Assembly: GCA_002269645.1 (NCBI GenBank)
Contig: NIVC01000527.1
Coordinates: 372,001-436,000, forward strand
DNA: 64,000 bases
Source of the DNA: Macrostomum lignano
Taxonomy: Eukaryota
Reading direction: 5' to 3'
The position numbers were made by a program, and so were the translations under genes. The notes beneath the pieces were generated by a model that saw only the letters and a list, made by a program, of their open reading frames with translations, was not told the origin of the DNA and made no database searches. Positions 35,929 through 50,400 of the stretch are shown piece after piece; the first letter of the stretch is position 1, and each line of letters begins with the position of its first letter.

Positions 35929-37588
35929 ATGCTAGCTAGAGGACTTGAAGTCATCCACTGGGAATTTAACAGTTCCAGTTTTCTGACTAACATGCCTTTC
36001 CTCATTCATACCCAGCACTCCGTTCTGGACTACTATCTGACGAGCGATTCCGCCCAACTGTCTGCTGCGGCGGCACCGGTCAAACAGGAGTCGAACCCGG
36101 GCCCTGGCATGTGCCAATCACCGCCGAGCGACTCGTCAGCAACAACACTGCTGTCTTCAGCGGAAACAGCCACATGGGAGTCGCAAGCGCAGATGATGCC
36201 ACAGCGTCGCAAAAGACGAAGTAAAATTCTGCTCACAGCTAACCCGACAGTTGAGCAGGCACAACTGTCACAGCACCTACAGAAGCAGCAGCTCCAGCAG
36301 CAGCAACAGTCGCAGCAGCAGTGCAGCGTTTGCGGCGACAAGGCTCTGGGCTTTAACTTTGACGCCGTCACTTGCGAGTCCTGCAAGGCGTTCTTTCGCA
36401 GAAATGCAGTGAAGGAAAGGGTGAGAAGGTCTAACTTAGTATTTTACAGGTAATTAGAGCACCATTGCTAAAGCTTTTAATGCCATTTTTAGCCGCACCA
36501 GTGCAACTTTGACAACAACTGCGAAGTGACCGTCGCCACGAGGAAATTCTGTCCAGCCTGTCGACTAAGCAAATGCTTCCGGGTTGGGATGAAGAAGGAA
36601 TGGATTCTGGGTGAGTCAAATTTGAGTGAGCTTATTTCAACATTTTTTCGTACGAGTGTTGTGTTTTTGAATCGTACATTGCATCGACGTCAACTTCTTA
36701 GGCGCTGAGCAGCTGCAGAAGCGGCGCGAGCGAGCCCACCGTAGCCCATGCAGCACGAGTTTGCAGCAATCCACGGTGCTGCAGCTACTGGCCCCGGAGG
36801 AGGATGAATCCGAAACACTGGCCTGGTCTGACAGGCGACCTTTGTCGCAGTCCTGCCGCTGGCTGCTCGATGCTGTGCGCTCCGCTATCAACGATGTCAT
36901 GGACAACGTAGGCAGCGACGACTCAGAGAAGATCCGCTCTAGCAACAGCTCCGCTCTGGAGACCCCGTTCGCCATCACCCTGTCTTTTGTAACGCGGTTC
37001 GTGAAATTTGTTAAGCTTCTGCCCGAGCACAGTATGATCGACCAGGCGGACATGATAGAACTCATCAAGGGCGGTGTGTTCCACTTCACCTTGATGCGGG
37101 GCGCCTGCACCTACAGCTCGGAGGAGGACAGCTTTCAATTCGAGTCAAACCAACTGGGCGGCCTGCATCGAATGCCGTTGGACAGCCTGTCCATGTCGCT
37201 GTCCTCCTGGCCTGCTGGGACGCAGTTGCTAAGCCGCTATCGGCAATTCCTGCGCTCTTCTTCAGCCGCCAGCGAAGGCGACAGGCTGGCTCTGACCCTG
37301 CTGCAGCTGGTTGACTTCTACAACCCATCGCGACCTCTGCTGCGCAATATGCGGCTCATCGACCGGCTGCAGAAAGGCTACATCCAGCTGCTTTGGCGCC
37401 ACGTGGAGCACACGTGGCCAATGGCCCGTTCGCGGGCTGTGTTCTTCGACCTGCTAAATCGACTGTCCGACCTGGACAGGCTCGCCACCGACTTCAGCAA
37501 CCTCTGCCACAGCGTCGGCTCCCTGGGCGATCATCTCGATCCTCTACTGGTGGAGGTGTTCAATCTGAGGGGCTCAGCGGCAGTGTGA
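35929..37588 (+). CDS. Hr96: Nuclear hormone receptor of the HR96/DAF-12/NHR-8 (NR1J) group
   Basis: Exons ~35929-36420, 36493-36610, 36702-37588, phase-consistent. C4 zinc fingers [29 protein letters not shown] and [37 protein letters not shown]-box ESCKA is diagnostic of NR1J. LBD with [17 protein letters not shown] and AF-2-like DPLLVEVF. The start codon is uncertain. Confidence 0.88.
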
Positions 37589-40113
37589 CAGTCCAGCTAG
37601 CCGGTTGGTATCGGATAGTTCTGATCAGATGCTCACCTACTGAGCCTAGCTCACAACTTGCTTATTTCATTCACTGGGAAAGGTAGACAGTGGGAAAGTT
37701 GAGCTCAGTTTTCACCTGAGCCAAATTAAAGTCTCAAATATTTTTATACGTAATATTAGAAACCCAAACAATCATTAATATATGTTGCATCATGTAATTC
37801 TGAGGCATTCATATTTCATTTTGCCACATCTAAGTGTAGCAGCAAGGTTGAGATCCTGTTCTCAAACTGAAAATAATTAGCATTTTCCTGTCTAGGCGGA
37901 GAAATTTAGCTTATAAGCCTCGGTAGGAGTTTCGATCTGAGATTCGATCTGAGAATGGATTGCAGCTATTCCATTGGTATTATGGGTGCGTTCGAGTGGC
38001 TTGATAAGTGCCTAAAATTTTGGATTAACTAAATCAATAATTAAGCTATAATTTAATGGCTAGCTATAACGCGACCCACAAGCACATCAGTTCGGCTTAA
38101 AAATGGCTAACTTGAAATTGAAGCCCTAAATATGACTTGCTGTCTTCCGGGGGAGTCCAAAAGCGTACATGTACAAGACTGCATGCTTTCATTCACGTGT
38201 TTTTGCCCAACCCTCACTTCATGAATGCCGTTGTTTATCAAACGTTTGCTTTGCAAATCGCAATTCGCTTGTAAATCATTTTTTTTCAAATGCGCTTTGT
38301 AGCTCGTAGGTTCCATTTCCGTTTGAGTTCGTTTCCAATTTAGCAAGTGGCTGCCAATGTGCAACAAAAGTTGCTTTATCGATTGAACCCGATTCCAATC
38401 ACGGATACGACGTAACCCCGCAACTGTTTCCCATTGTCGCGTCCTGTGCTATCCCGGCAATGAACCAATGCTCTAGCATTCGGTCGGGAAAAGCTTTCTT
38501 GGGGTCGGGGACGGGATCTCTGCATGGACGGGATTTGACCATTGTTACCAGAGCTTCCAAAATTACAAGGACTACATGTACTACTCTACTGCATCCTGTC
38601 GGCTTTAAGGGCTACAGGCTTCCGAACAACTTCTTATCTACATAGCTAGCAATTAAGCCATTTCTATTTGAGAAAAATCTTGAATATTTTGGTCTTAAAC
38701 TATTTATTTTTCCTTTTTGCCTTCGGGAACAACTTTAGTAGCCCTCCGACTACCCGAAAAAGTCAGCTAGCTACATGTAGCTATTAAAAAACTTCTGAGT
38801 GGAAGTTTTGTCCCGATGACTTGTCCTATACAGTCGGTGGTATTTCAATGTCGGAATTTGGAACAAGTCGGGATTTCCCTGGGTAAACGACAATAAAAGC
38901 TAAGTGCGGCTTGTGCTTTGATTTCTGAAGTTTTGAAGACACCAATTAATTGAAGCAATAAGTTACTCAAGCATTTTTTCAGCGAGCAACACTCCTAATT
39001 AACCCTGGCCTTCATTATTTCCCTTCGAAGCAATGAGCTGTTCGTTAGATAGTCTTGCTTCAGATGGTCTCTTGGCTGGACGAGCCACTGTACTTTTAGG
39101 GCCGGAATTTCCCCGAGTACTTTGCATCCTTTTAGATTTCCCTTAATACCAGGCTTTATGGAAAGATGCATCAAGAAAACTCTATTTACGAGTACCAACC
39201 AAGTAGGTACCAAGCACTATCATTGTAATTTTTGCATTCTCTTTTTAACAGCCCCAATCATTTAATTTTTACGTGTACTTTTAGTGTGCCAATGTACAGA
39301 ATATTTAACAAATAATAAAAATCTAACTTTTAAGACCATTCATAAAAGAAACATTCTCAATTAACTTTGCTCGTGTTAAATTAAAAAAACAAAGGTTTAT
39401 TAGACAATCGTCTTCTTTTGCAGTGTCCCAGTTTGAGCGGAAAATTTACCTTGATGGAACTGCATATTGTCAATTTTTCTGTACGATGAATAAAAATTTA
39501 TCTTGGGTTCTCGTTGACTTTAACATCATCTTTACGAGCTACACGATTTAACACAGCCGTTTTACGGCAAAATGATCACAGCTGGTCTCTGAGGACTGCA
39601 GGCCTCGATGGACAAGTCTTAAACGCATGAGGACAGTTTATTGAGGACTTTGATGACAGTAATAACTGATATCCGTGTTGTCGAGTTCGAAAGGACTGAG
39701 CAGCCAAATTATTATAGGCAGCCCAATTAGGGAGAACTCATCCCACAAAGACAGTCATAGCTTACCTGTTCCGTGCCAGAAAGCTACTAGCCCTTTTTGA
39801 TGCACATGTGAGAGCTTCGCTGCGGTAAAAGCAGCACAAAGGGATTTCCAGCAAAGCAGGTTCCCTAGCATTAATTAGTATTAATGATTCACTTCCTGAG
39901 TACTCCGCAAAGATTGTACAATCCTCAGAGAATGGCAGCCTTGTTAACCAAAAAGATTTTATTCTTTGAGGCACAAGTGGTTTGTCATGGAATTGACAAC
40001 TGCAGAGCTTCAATCCAACAGACTGCGAACAAAGCTAGATAACTTTACAAAGGCTGCAGCACGTTTTGATCATGTTTAGACACGACTCAGCCAGTTTTCT
40101 CCCTAATCCTCCC

Positions 40114-40121
40114 TATATAAA
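40114..40121 (+). promoter_or_regulatory. TATA box of the NIT-cyclase gene
   Basis: TATATAAA about 80 bp upstream of the ATG at 40194. Confidence 0.5.
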
Positions 40122-40193
40122 GGCAGCTCACGTTGGCGCAGTCTCAAAATTTAGCTGATAAGTTTCAAACTGGCCCGTGTTTTCGTTACGGCC

Positions 40194-42578
40194 ATGGGTA
40201 AGAAGGGAATGCTCAGGCCTGAGGTGAAAATCACTCCGGCTATCACGCCGTCTGTTTCATCGATGAGCAGCACCTTTATGAACAGAAAGGTGAGCGGCTC
40301 TAGCAACTCGCTGAACTCCGGCAGCGAAACCAGCGGCAATGTCAGCCGCATCAATCGCATAGTGCAGGAAAGGCTGCTCTACACATCCGTGCTGGGGAAG
40401 TGCTACAACTGGTTTTACAGCAGCAACGACCAGATTGGTGCGAAATCATGAAATTTCAAAATAATGTCAGCACGTATTTCATAATAAAAAGTTGCGGTTC
40501 ACTTTTTCTAAAATGTGCAAATTTCACATTTGCAGGCAAAAAGCGCCAGGTGGCCAAGATCATGTTCCTTCTGATGCTGCCCATAGCGGCCTTGGCTGGA
40601 GTGACAATCCGCAACCTAGTCGACTCCAGCAACGAGAGCAAGATGAAGTCGAACATACGAGACGCAATGCGCTTCGCTATGGAAACCGGCTCACTGATTG
40701 ACAACTTGCAGAAAGAACGAGATCGAGTCGCTCTCTTCATTTCGAGCAAGTCGTCCGAGACGCGAATCCTAATCGAAGAGATCTTTCGCCAGACAGATCT
40801 CAGTCTTGCGGCGCTGCGCTCGTGGAACCAGGACTCTGAAGAGCTCACTTTTATGACTGCGTTTGAAAGCAAAGCCGATTTCCAGAAGATCTTGGACATC
40901 AGACGGAGAGATATTAGCCTCAACCCGGATTTTCGCAACCCGCTGGAGGAGATCAGGTTTTATACAAACGACGTGATCAGAGTGTTCATCAACTGGATCA
41001 CGGATACTATTCAACAGAGTAAAGATGGCTCTCTGTGGAAGAATATGGTTGCCTACTTACTTCTAGTAATGGCGAAGGAGAACACGGGTGTTGAACGGAG
41101 TCTGGGAGGAATATTCTACGCCCAGGGTGGCTTCCGCATGGACAGCGAATACCAGTGGTACTTGCGCACTTACTTCCAGGGTCGAGCGCAGATCAAAGAT
41201 TCCAAGGAGTACAGTGATATTGTTCGCGAATTGACCAACCAGACGGCAGTGGAACTCGCCCCGGTCGTATCCAGCATTGAGACAATGCGATCAGAGATTC
41301 TTTCTCGCTCTGAGCCGCAAAACATGGGAGGCCTGGAGGCATCCACGCTGTGGTTGAACAACATGTCCATCTACATGGAAGGTCAGCAAGGATTGCTTGT
41401 CAGTCTAGGCGAATTCGCATTAAACTCGATTGCAACAGACAAGTTGGACGATTATAATTCTTTAATGCTCAACCTGGGTTTCTTCCTCATCGCACTAATA
41501 TCCAGTCCGATCGTCATTTTCATAGTTCACGCCATGATGGATGACATTAGCCAGTACTCTGGAGCCCTAATGACTCAGGCTTGCGCCATGACTAAGGACC
41601 GAGAGCGAGCCGACCGCCTGCTCTACGGCATGATGCCGCAGTCTATTATTGAGCAACTGCGCCTGAGGAAAAAGGTGTCCGCTGAGACTTTCACCGAGGC
41701 CAGCATCATGCTGGTCCGGCTCGCCAACTTTGCTTTTGTCGCCAACAACAGCCAGCCAGGACAGGTGATCGAGATTCTGAACGGTTTGTACAACATGTTC
41801 GACGAACGAATCGAGAAATTCGACTGCCACAAGCTGCAGACAAGTGGCGATTGGTTGCTCATAGTCAGCGGAGTACCCATTCGCAATGGCAGGCGACATG
41901 CTCACGAGCTAGCTGTTCTAAGCATCGACTTGAGGCACCACGCCCTGCACATCCGGGTCGCCCACATGCCAGGCGTTTCGATGCACCTTCAGATTGCAAT
42001 CCATTCAGGTGAGTTTTAGGCCATACCAATTTGTAGTTGTTTGCGAATTTGAAGGTTATCAGAACTTTGCTCGAAACAATAGTCGCAACATTGCAGGTCC
42101 TGTTGTAGCTGCCGTTGTGGGCGTGATTTTTCCGCGATATTGCCTATTTGGTACGACGTTGTTTGCCACTCAGAGCATCGAGGCCCAATGCGAACAGGGC
42201 ACTGTGCTGATTTCCGAGGCCACTCGCAACCTCATAGCCTTCGATAGCACTTTTGTAGCTGACTACAAGAAGACTGTCGAGGTGGGGGTAAGTCGTAACC
42301 GTCAGGTGATGCTTCAATAATGCTTAGCGACTGCGTTACGAACCGTTAGGATAACGTAAGAAAGTTTCTATCATTTTTAAGAAAATAAACCTTCAACCAT
42401 GCGGTACTGGTTCAGTACCAATTTTTTCTTTTTCAATCCAATCCAATGACAACATAATCTTTAATCGTTACAGCAGGAGGGTGAGACGGTACGCGTGCAC
42501 GAACTGAAGACAAAGAAAGGCTACGAAGAATCGCTGGGCTGCAGTCCTAACTGTCAGGGTGACAACGGCACCGCCTGA
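40194..42578 (+). CDS. Two-TM NIT-domain guanylate-cyclase-like receptor (NIT-GC) with a degenerate catalytic domain
   Basis: Exons 40194-40437, 40536-42008, 42097-42287, 42474-42578, phase-consistent. TM1 IMFLLMLPIAALAGVTI. NIT motifs LIDNLQKERDRVALFI and MAKENTGVERSLGG. TM2 LMLNLGFFLIALISSPIVIFIV. Coiled coil ERADRLLYGMMPQSI. Class III cyclase fold SGVPIRNG..HA, IHSGPVVAAVVG..FPRYCLFG. Confidence 0.88.
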
Positions 42579-44449
42579 TTCTCTGCGGGGTTGAGCCTCA
42601 TCATCGGACTTGGAAATGAGCAGTTTGTTGTGAAAAACTGCAACTGTGAATCAGCGAATAACATTCGAAACTAATCTTACGATAAATTGCAGTCACTTCA
42701 CAATTACTAATAGTAGTATACATGGACCAATAGTTTTGTAGTGGTGTCCTTCATGTTATGTCCTTGTTAGTTGGCAAATAGGGTTTAGTAAGAGCTCACT
42801 AAATAGCCTAATTCACAAAATGAGTAAATCTTATGAGTAAATCGTAAAGCATATGTTGTATTGGTAAAATTTTATTTTTGTCTATAAAACGCGTTTATAA
42901 TGGAAAACTAGTGAGCCTATAACAACCGCGGACGATAGTAAGCACTCGTATTTCACTTGTAAAATAGTTTTTTAGGATTTTTTAACGCTGCACTTAAAAC
43001 TGTCACAACGCTGTGTCGTGGAGTGAGGTGTTTTATTAAAATTCGAATTAAGAAGCTAACAAACTTCATTTTTTCTAGTTTCTGTATGCTTGTCAGCTCA
43101 ACAAGCAACAGATGAAATGCTATCCTTTCCTATTCAAAATTTTGCGCAATGATGGAGAAATGCCTCGAAAGGAGTCCATTGTAATGTAAAAAAATGTAAC
43201 CTGGGAAGTTCGAGCCTGCTTGACTTTAGTTACTTTAGTACGCTCGTAAAACGTCGAGTGCTAGGTAAGGCACTGATCAGAACCAATGCAAATTGCAACT
43301 GCGTCCAATCATAAATCATTTGCTTTAACAGACAAAATTAACCCTTGAATTCTTCGATTTTAACAGTCTTTTTGACTGCCAATTTCTCGCCAATATGGTT
43401 ACTTGATCCGGGAGAAGTCTTCCCCTTCAGCAAACAGTTTTTTAGTCCTCATAGCTACCTCCCCTCACTCCCCTTGCTTTCGTGAGTCAGCTGCAGCGGA
43501 CCCAGAATTTTAGTGGGGGCGAGGAGGGTGAAGCGGGGCAACGATCGGTGCCACCGCCCTAATCCCCTGGTGTGCGTCGGGCAGGCGCAACGGGCGAAGC
43601 GGATCCGTGCCAATTCAGGGGCTTGAGAAAGTCAACACACACACTGAGAGCAGCTGTCCACAACCTCTGCCGGCCAGCTCTAGACCATGCATGGCTCAGC
43701 TCTTGCCCCTTCCCCGTAAGGAGGAGGATTTCATTGGGAATCGCCGTAATATACGGCCGTTCCCCTCTCGACAGAACAAGGCGGTTCCCTTGCCTTTAAA
43801 ACCTCGTACGACTGGTCTGCGAGAGCCAAATATACTACATACCCCTACTTTAGTGTCTGCAAACCGCTGGATGCAAAGTTCCCTGTCTGGTCGGATCCGA
43901 GCACCCGTCCTGAATAATTTACGAGGCTCTGATCCCGGAACTCAGACTCGCGTTTGCAGTCTGTTTACACGTTCGCAACGGTAAGCTCTACAGAGACAGA
44001 TTAACTATGCAGCGCAATGTGACTTGCCTTCCTGTGTAGTGCTTTAACTCTGAGGCCTGTGCACAGTTTTGGTGTTGATACTTGACGGTTTAGTTTTAGC
44101 TAAGCTTCCTGAGTGACCCAAGAGAGCCACCAAACTCCAAAGCTCGTATTATTGTTGTGTTTCTGGTTGACAATCAATTGTTTTTAAAGTCAACAGGCGC
44201 GCATTATTACACCTTGCTTCTTATCTAAATAATCTTAATCTTAATTTGAGTTGGTCAACCTCTCCTGCTTAGCTCGTAAAAAATCTATACGAACATGTAG
44301 ATCCCATTGGATGTCAGACCTGACCAATAGAGATGCTGGGCCACGCAAAGTGGGGGTTGACAAAGTAAATATAATCACGTCGACGCAAAAACCTTAGCAA
44401 AAATAGTGAGCCGTGTCTACTAGTCCGCCCACAGCTAGTCTCGGCAGCC

Positions 44450-47400
44450 ATGGAATCTGTGAGTCATCGCCGAATCGCCGTACTGTTCGTGCAGCTCGCC
44501 TGTCTGCTGCTTGGAGCCAGCGTGAAGCCAGCCATAATAGGTACGATGCCTTAATTAGACTAAGTTACAACTAATAATTACCTTATTAGTTACCTTATAA
44601 TTAAAGTGCTTATCTGGTTACTAGCCTGAATGAACTTGTTTGCTCCCTTAAGCATGTGTTGTAGTTTTTTGGTCGCCAAGCCCCGCAAAACCTCCGCGAG
44701 CTTGCTTGTGGTTCAGAGGTTCTCCTCAGTGCAAGCATAGTTATTGTCACTGCAGACACCAAACATTATCGTGTGCTTTCACTGTTGCATGAATTTCACT
44801 AAATATTTGTATAGAGTATCTACTGTATTCCCTGTACCAGAATTTACTAGGCAGCAGAGTAGACCAGCGTCCAAAATGCGTCCTAATCTCACGCCAAAGT
44901 CTGTGGGTTCGATTGCTCAGTGTGCGACTGTGCGACTGTCGCTTTGGTTTGATGCAGTGCCCAAAGCCCCTGCGAACTATAACTGACTATATAGTTCCCA
45001 AATATTCGGGTCAGAATTTAATTACCTGCTACAACCAACATAAAGGCGAAATATTTTTCAATCAACTATAAATTACTTTGAATTGCACGTTGTAAACATA
45101 AACCGTTCGTTTATGCACCCCTCATTCTAGCCATAATAGGTCAGCTGATGTTTGTGTGACATCATCGTCCTGATTGTAGCGCCGAAAAGTTAAACCTTGT
45201 GAAATATTTGCCTTAACAAAGCGGCTTTTTAACTAAAAGTTATTCTAACTGAGAAAATTTTTATTTTATAAGAAAACTCCTACTGCACAATAGCACGCAC
45301 GTACTTAAACAAATGGTTTGCCAATAAAGTTTCTGATTTGCATCGAACTATTTCTAATGAATGACAATGGCAGCAGTGCCTCCATATTCGACGGGAATGT
45401 GCGATTTTCTGTTTACAAACCGAAGGCAGCTTTCTAAAACACATTTTTTGTTTAATTTTAGTTCTTGCACCTGGTAAATTTATTTAAGCACCATTGAACA
45501 ATAAAAATACTTCATTCTAACAGTGAATTCAAAGCTTCGTAACCATAACGTAACCTGTGTTGAGTTACGTAAAGGCAAAGCAGGTTATCCATACCTAAGT
45601 AGAAGACATCTATCAGACGGACACCACAGTATTAATTTAAAACATCTAATTTCAGGTGCTTCAAACAGTGCCCCGGACATGTACCTGTGCAGCAACCTCA
45701 ATACCAGCTATGTCACTCTGCCAGGTAACGCGTGCAGCAACACAGCCTCTTTCATTATCTACATCCTAGAGGAAGTACCCATAGGTACGTGTGTGATTTC
45801 ACGCTCCAGACTCCTGGATCAGTATTTTCTTTCATGCAAAGCAACCAATCGTACTCACAGGTGTTCCGCTGATTCAGTTCGAGGCGAGAGATCCAGAGAA
45901 TGACAACGTGGCAATGACGTTGGTCGGCAAGGATCAGTCCATATACTTCTTTAGCGTAGTGTCCTATCCCAACAACAGAACTGCCGTGCTCAAGCAAAAC
46001 AGCCGCCTGGATGCAGATGTATGATATAGCTATCACAGAGTAAAATTAATTTGCCGAACTCCAACTTTGCTAATAATTTTTAAGAAGGTTTGATTTTTAA
46101 AATCTTATCATTTCAGTCTCTCAACAAGATCAGTCTGGTGCTGCAAATCAAACTTAACGATGGAAATCTTAACGAGGTGAGCGCAAACGAGCGTAACGCG
46201 TCGTACGTACCCTGTATTGCTAATGTTTCCACTCCGTTGACTTCTGCAGATAACGAAGGACTTTGATTTAGTCATTGTGCGCGACATCAATGACAATCCG
46301 CCAGAATTTCAAAATCTTCCCTACCGATGGCTCATTCCCGAGGTACCAAAATTGTTTTTACTTTTTCTCCTCTTTACTTTCTCAATCAATGCTTCTCAAT
46401 GTTTTAAAGCAACAAAAACGAACCAAATATACTTTCCAGAACGAACCCCCTTCAAGCAATTTAAGTCTAACGATCGAAGTCGTGGACAGGGACCAGAGTT
46501 CATCCGGAATGCTTATTACGTACAAAGTAATTACTTCTCTGTAGGTTTTTTGAACAGTTCGATTAAAGCAAACATATATCTACGCTCGTAGAGTTAAGCT
46601 TTACCTCGGAAAACTGGAGTGTAGTTGGCAGGTGCACGAGATGGAGCGGCATGAAAATTATTTCCGATGCACAAATTTGCTCTAGAGCTTTGTTTCAAAC
46701 ATTGGATGGGGAAGGAAATTCCCTGCGTGTGCAAATACGCTCGCACAAGCATCCCTTCCCATCATATCCCATCCTATCCAGCTTACCTTTGTGAGCTCAA
46801 CTGTCAGCGGTTTTGCAAGCTTTGTGTTTGCATGTTAATACGTAGAAGAATGGGGTTTCAGTCCGATGATAGATGCGATGTCAAGTCATGCGCGGCATAA
46901 AACACAAACCGAACGGTTTCAGTACAGCGCGAGTAATTCCCATCTGATGCTCGTATGTTGTGTATAAGCTCGACATGATATACATTTAGTTCAAATCGAG
47001 ACGAGGTTTTTCAGTAGTGTTCATTTATAGCTGTTTTATCAGCCTAAATCAATGTAGAGGCCCCGATGGAGAGAGGAAATCTAATGAATAGTCTAATAAA
47101 TCGATGCACTGTAAATGAACCCCGTTGACCAAATGAAGGCTGAAGCTCCTTAATCACACCAATTCATGCAAACGGAATAGCCACCTGTAATGACGATGAA
47201 ACAAAAACCACTTGTCTCATTTGAAGGACGTATCCGGTTCAACTGCTAAAAATTTGTTCAGCCTGTCGGATCAGACGACCTCCACCTATTGCAATCCAAG
47301 CGGCAGCTGCGTGGGCCGACGCTTCACCCGCGTGCTGACTATCCTTCGAGCTCTAGACTACGAGGTGAGCAGCTTTTATCAGTTGTCGGTCAATGCCACC

Positions 47401-50400
47401 GACTTGACTGACGGCGGCACGACCACAGTCACCGACGTCATCATAAACGTCCAAGACAGACAGGACACGCCACCATTCTTTGATGGCATTCCCTATCTAA
47501 AGAACGTGCCCGAAAACTCACCCAGCGGTACTCTGGTCATCACACTGATCGCCAGAGATGGAGATAGAGGCGTGCCAAATTCGATTAGCTATCATTTAGA
47601 TGCTAGCAATGCGTTCTCAAAGTACTTCATCCTCAACAACGTCACCGGAGAGTTGCGCACAAGCTCAGTGAAACTGGACCGGGAAGGAGCCGACATCCTG
47701 GCCATATTTGGCACTATCGACCTGCCAGTGATCGCAAAGGAAATGTCCTCCGTGGTCCAGCCGGCCAATATCTCGCAGGCAGGCACAACGGTGCGCATTA
47801 CTGTTGACGATGAGAACGATTTTTTTCCTACTTTTGAGTACCCTGTTTACAACGGCAGCGTGCCGGAGAACACAATGGCGGGCGTTCCAGTTAATCTGTT
47901 CTCACAAATCAGCATTTCCGATCTCGACGCGGGTGATAATGGTGTTTTTAACTTAACCCTGATGCGCAATGGCCAAGTCTATCGTGACTTTGAAGTATCA
48001 CCGGTGACCATCAGCAGGCAAGGTGCCGTGTTTATAATGGTCAAGAATTCCAGCTTTCTTGATTATGAGACTGTTCAAAGCGTAACATTTCAAGTGAGTC
48101 AGATTTTCAATTTGTACGGTTGGCGCACGGCGCAAGTATAATCTACAAAAGTTCGCTTTGTACCTTACAGATAGTTGCGACGGAGACAAGAACAACTCAG
48201 AGATTTTCCAGCACGGCCACTGTTCAGCTGCAGATTCTTGACGTAAATGACAACCGGCCGGTGTTCAACCAGTCTGGCTACGCCTTTACTATTCCTGAGA
48301 ATTCGCCTATCAACACTTTTGTCGGCAGAGTTAAGGTCGGTAACATTTGATTAGGCAGGCTGGGAAAAAACTGTTGATTTCCTAATGAACCGTGATAATT
48401 TTTCCTTTCAGGCTACGGATGCGGACAGTGGAGCATTCGGAACAGTTTCTTATGCTCTGGACGGCACAGATGCGTTCAAGTATGATAACAACTTTTCTAT
48501 CATTCTGATTGTTAATTTTTTGTTTTTTTTCTAAATTGGTGAAAACGTTATTGGAATTTATAAAATATTTAAATATGTGCTTCAGATTTCGCATTAATTC
48601 AACAACTGGAGACATATTCGTTAATGTGGACGCGGACAAAAACCTGACTCTGCTGGACAGAGAGCGCTTTTCAACCATATTTCTCACTATTGAGGGCCGA
48701 GACGGAGGCGGGTTCGTAACGGCAGTTCAGATGGAAATTTTGTTGAGTGACCAAAACGATCAAGCGCCAGTTTTCACCAGATTAAGCTACTTCGGAGTTG
48801 TCAAGGAGAATTCTTTTACATTTGATTCGCCAGTTCAAGTTGAGGTAATTGTCGAGAGTTTTGTCTTTTAATGCGAAGGAATAACAGCAACATTAAAAAT
48901 TTGCCTTTTAAAATGTTTTAGGCAGCAGATAACGATTTAAAGGGAAGCAACAACAGCATCGTTGAGTACAGAATCATCGGTGGGGATTTGGGCGGTAACT
49001 TTAACATTGTCAGCACTAGCGGTCTTCTCATGATTAGGACGCCACTCAACTACGAGTCTCTGCCTTCCAGCATCGTAAATTTGACAATCTCGGCATATGA
49101 TCTGGGTGTGCCGTCTCTAAATAGCAGCATAAATGTACAAGTTACTGTGCTAGACCAGAACGACAACAGTCCGATTTGCACGTACGCACTTTTCAACGCA
49201 ACAGTGATGGAGAACGCAACTTCGGGCACGCAGATCCTGCAGGTGAATGCCACAGATGCGGACCCGCCTGGCTCCGAGAACTCTCGCGTCTTCTTTCGCA
49301 TTCAAACAGGTGCCGCTGACAAGTTCACAATCGATGGCAACACGGGTTGGATTGTGGTGGAGCGGGGTGCAGACCTGGACGTCACTCGGTATGGGAGCCG
49401 ATACAACCTGAGCATCATTGTGTACGATAACGGCACTCCACAACGCAACGGTACCTGCATAGCAGTAATATTTGTTCGAGACGTAAACAACCAACGGCCG
49501 TACTTTGAAGTTCCAACGAGGCGCGAGACGGTCCAGGAGAACTTATCACTGAATCAACCACTGCCCATAACGCCACAGTTTACAGCGAAAGATCCAGATA
49601 CTACTTCTAACCTGCAGTATTCTATACTATTCAGTCAGATGAGTGCCACAGAGGGCAACGGCCAGCAAGTGTCGGTTAGCAACTATAACTACACAGATTT
49701 GCTGTACGTTTCAAGTACAAACGGAACATTGTTCGTAAAAAACATTTTGGACCGCGAAAAAGCTCAAGAGATTCAAATTCCGATTTTTGTTCAGGACCTG
49801 GCAGCAGAAACGCCACTTCCAGTGCAGACAGCCACGGGTACACTTATTATAACCCTGTCCGATCTGAATGATGAATCTCCGGTGTTTCAGTTGCCTGCTG
49901 TGAACAATACATATCGTATTACTGTATCAGAAGGGCTGCGGCCACCGACAGATATCAGCTTGAAAGCACTTGCTACGGACCCAGACACATCGAATCCTCC
50001 TCTGGTTTATAGCATCAGTCCACCTAGTACGATATTCAGCATCGACACTAACACAGCCCAAGTGTCTTTGAAGACGGCATTAGATCGCGAAACGGCTGAT
50101 CAGCATCAATTCTTTGTGTTGGTCAACGACAGCATTCACATCACTACTGCAACAGTATACGTTAACGTTAGTGATTTCAATGATGTTACGCCTAGTTTCT
50201 ATCAATTTGCTTCGAATCTGAGCATATCTGAAGCAACCAGCGTCGGCTCGCTTTTGACTAGGGTGCTGGCATACGACAATGACACTGGTCTCTTCGGGAC
50301 TGTCCACTACCGAATTCTCAGTGGAGGTGGCGGAAAGTTTGCTCTAAATGACACCAGCGGCGAGCTCAGGCTGGGCCAGGCTCTCGATCGAGACGTTCCC

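Noticed and set aside
43493-43612. Short element with GCAGCGGACCCAG ... GCGGATCCGTGC ends, resembling a Harbinger-type MITE
   Set aside because: The inverted match is short and gapped, and no TSD or second full copy was found in the window.
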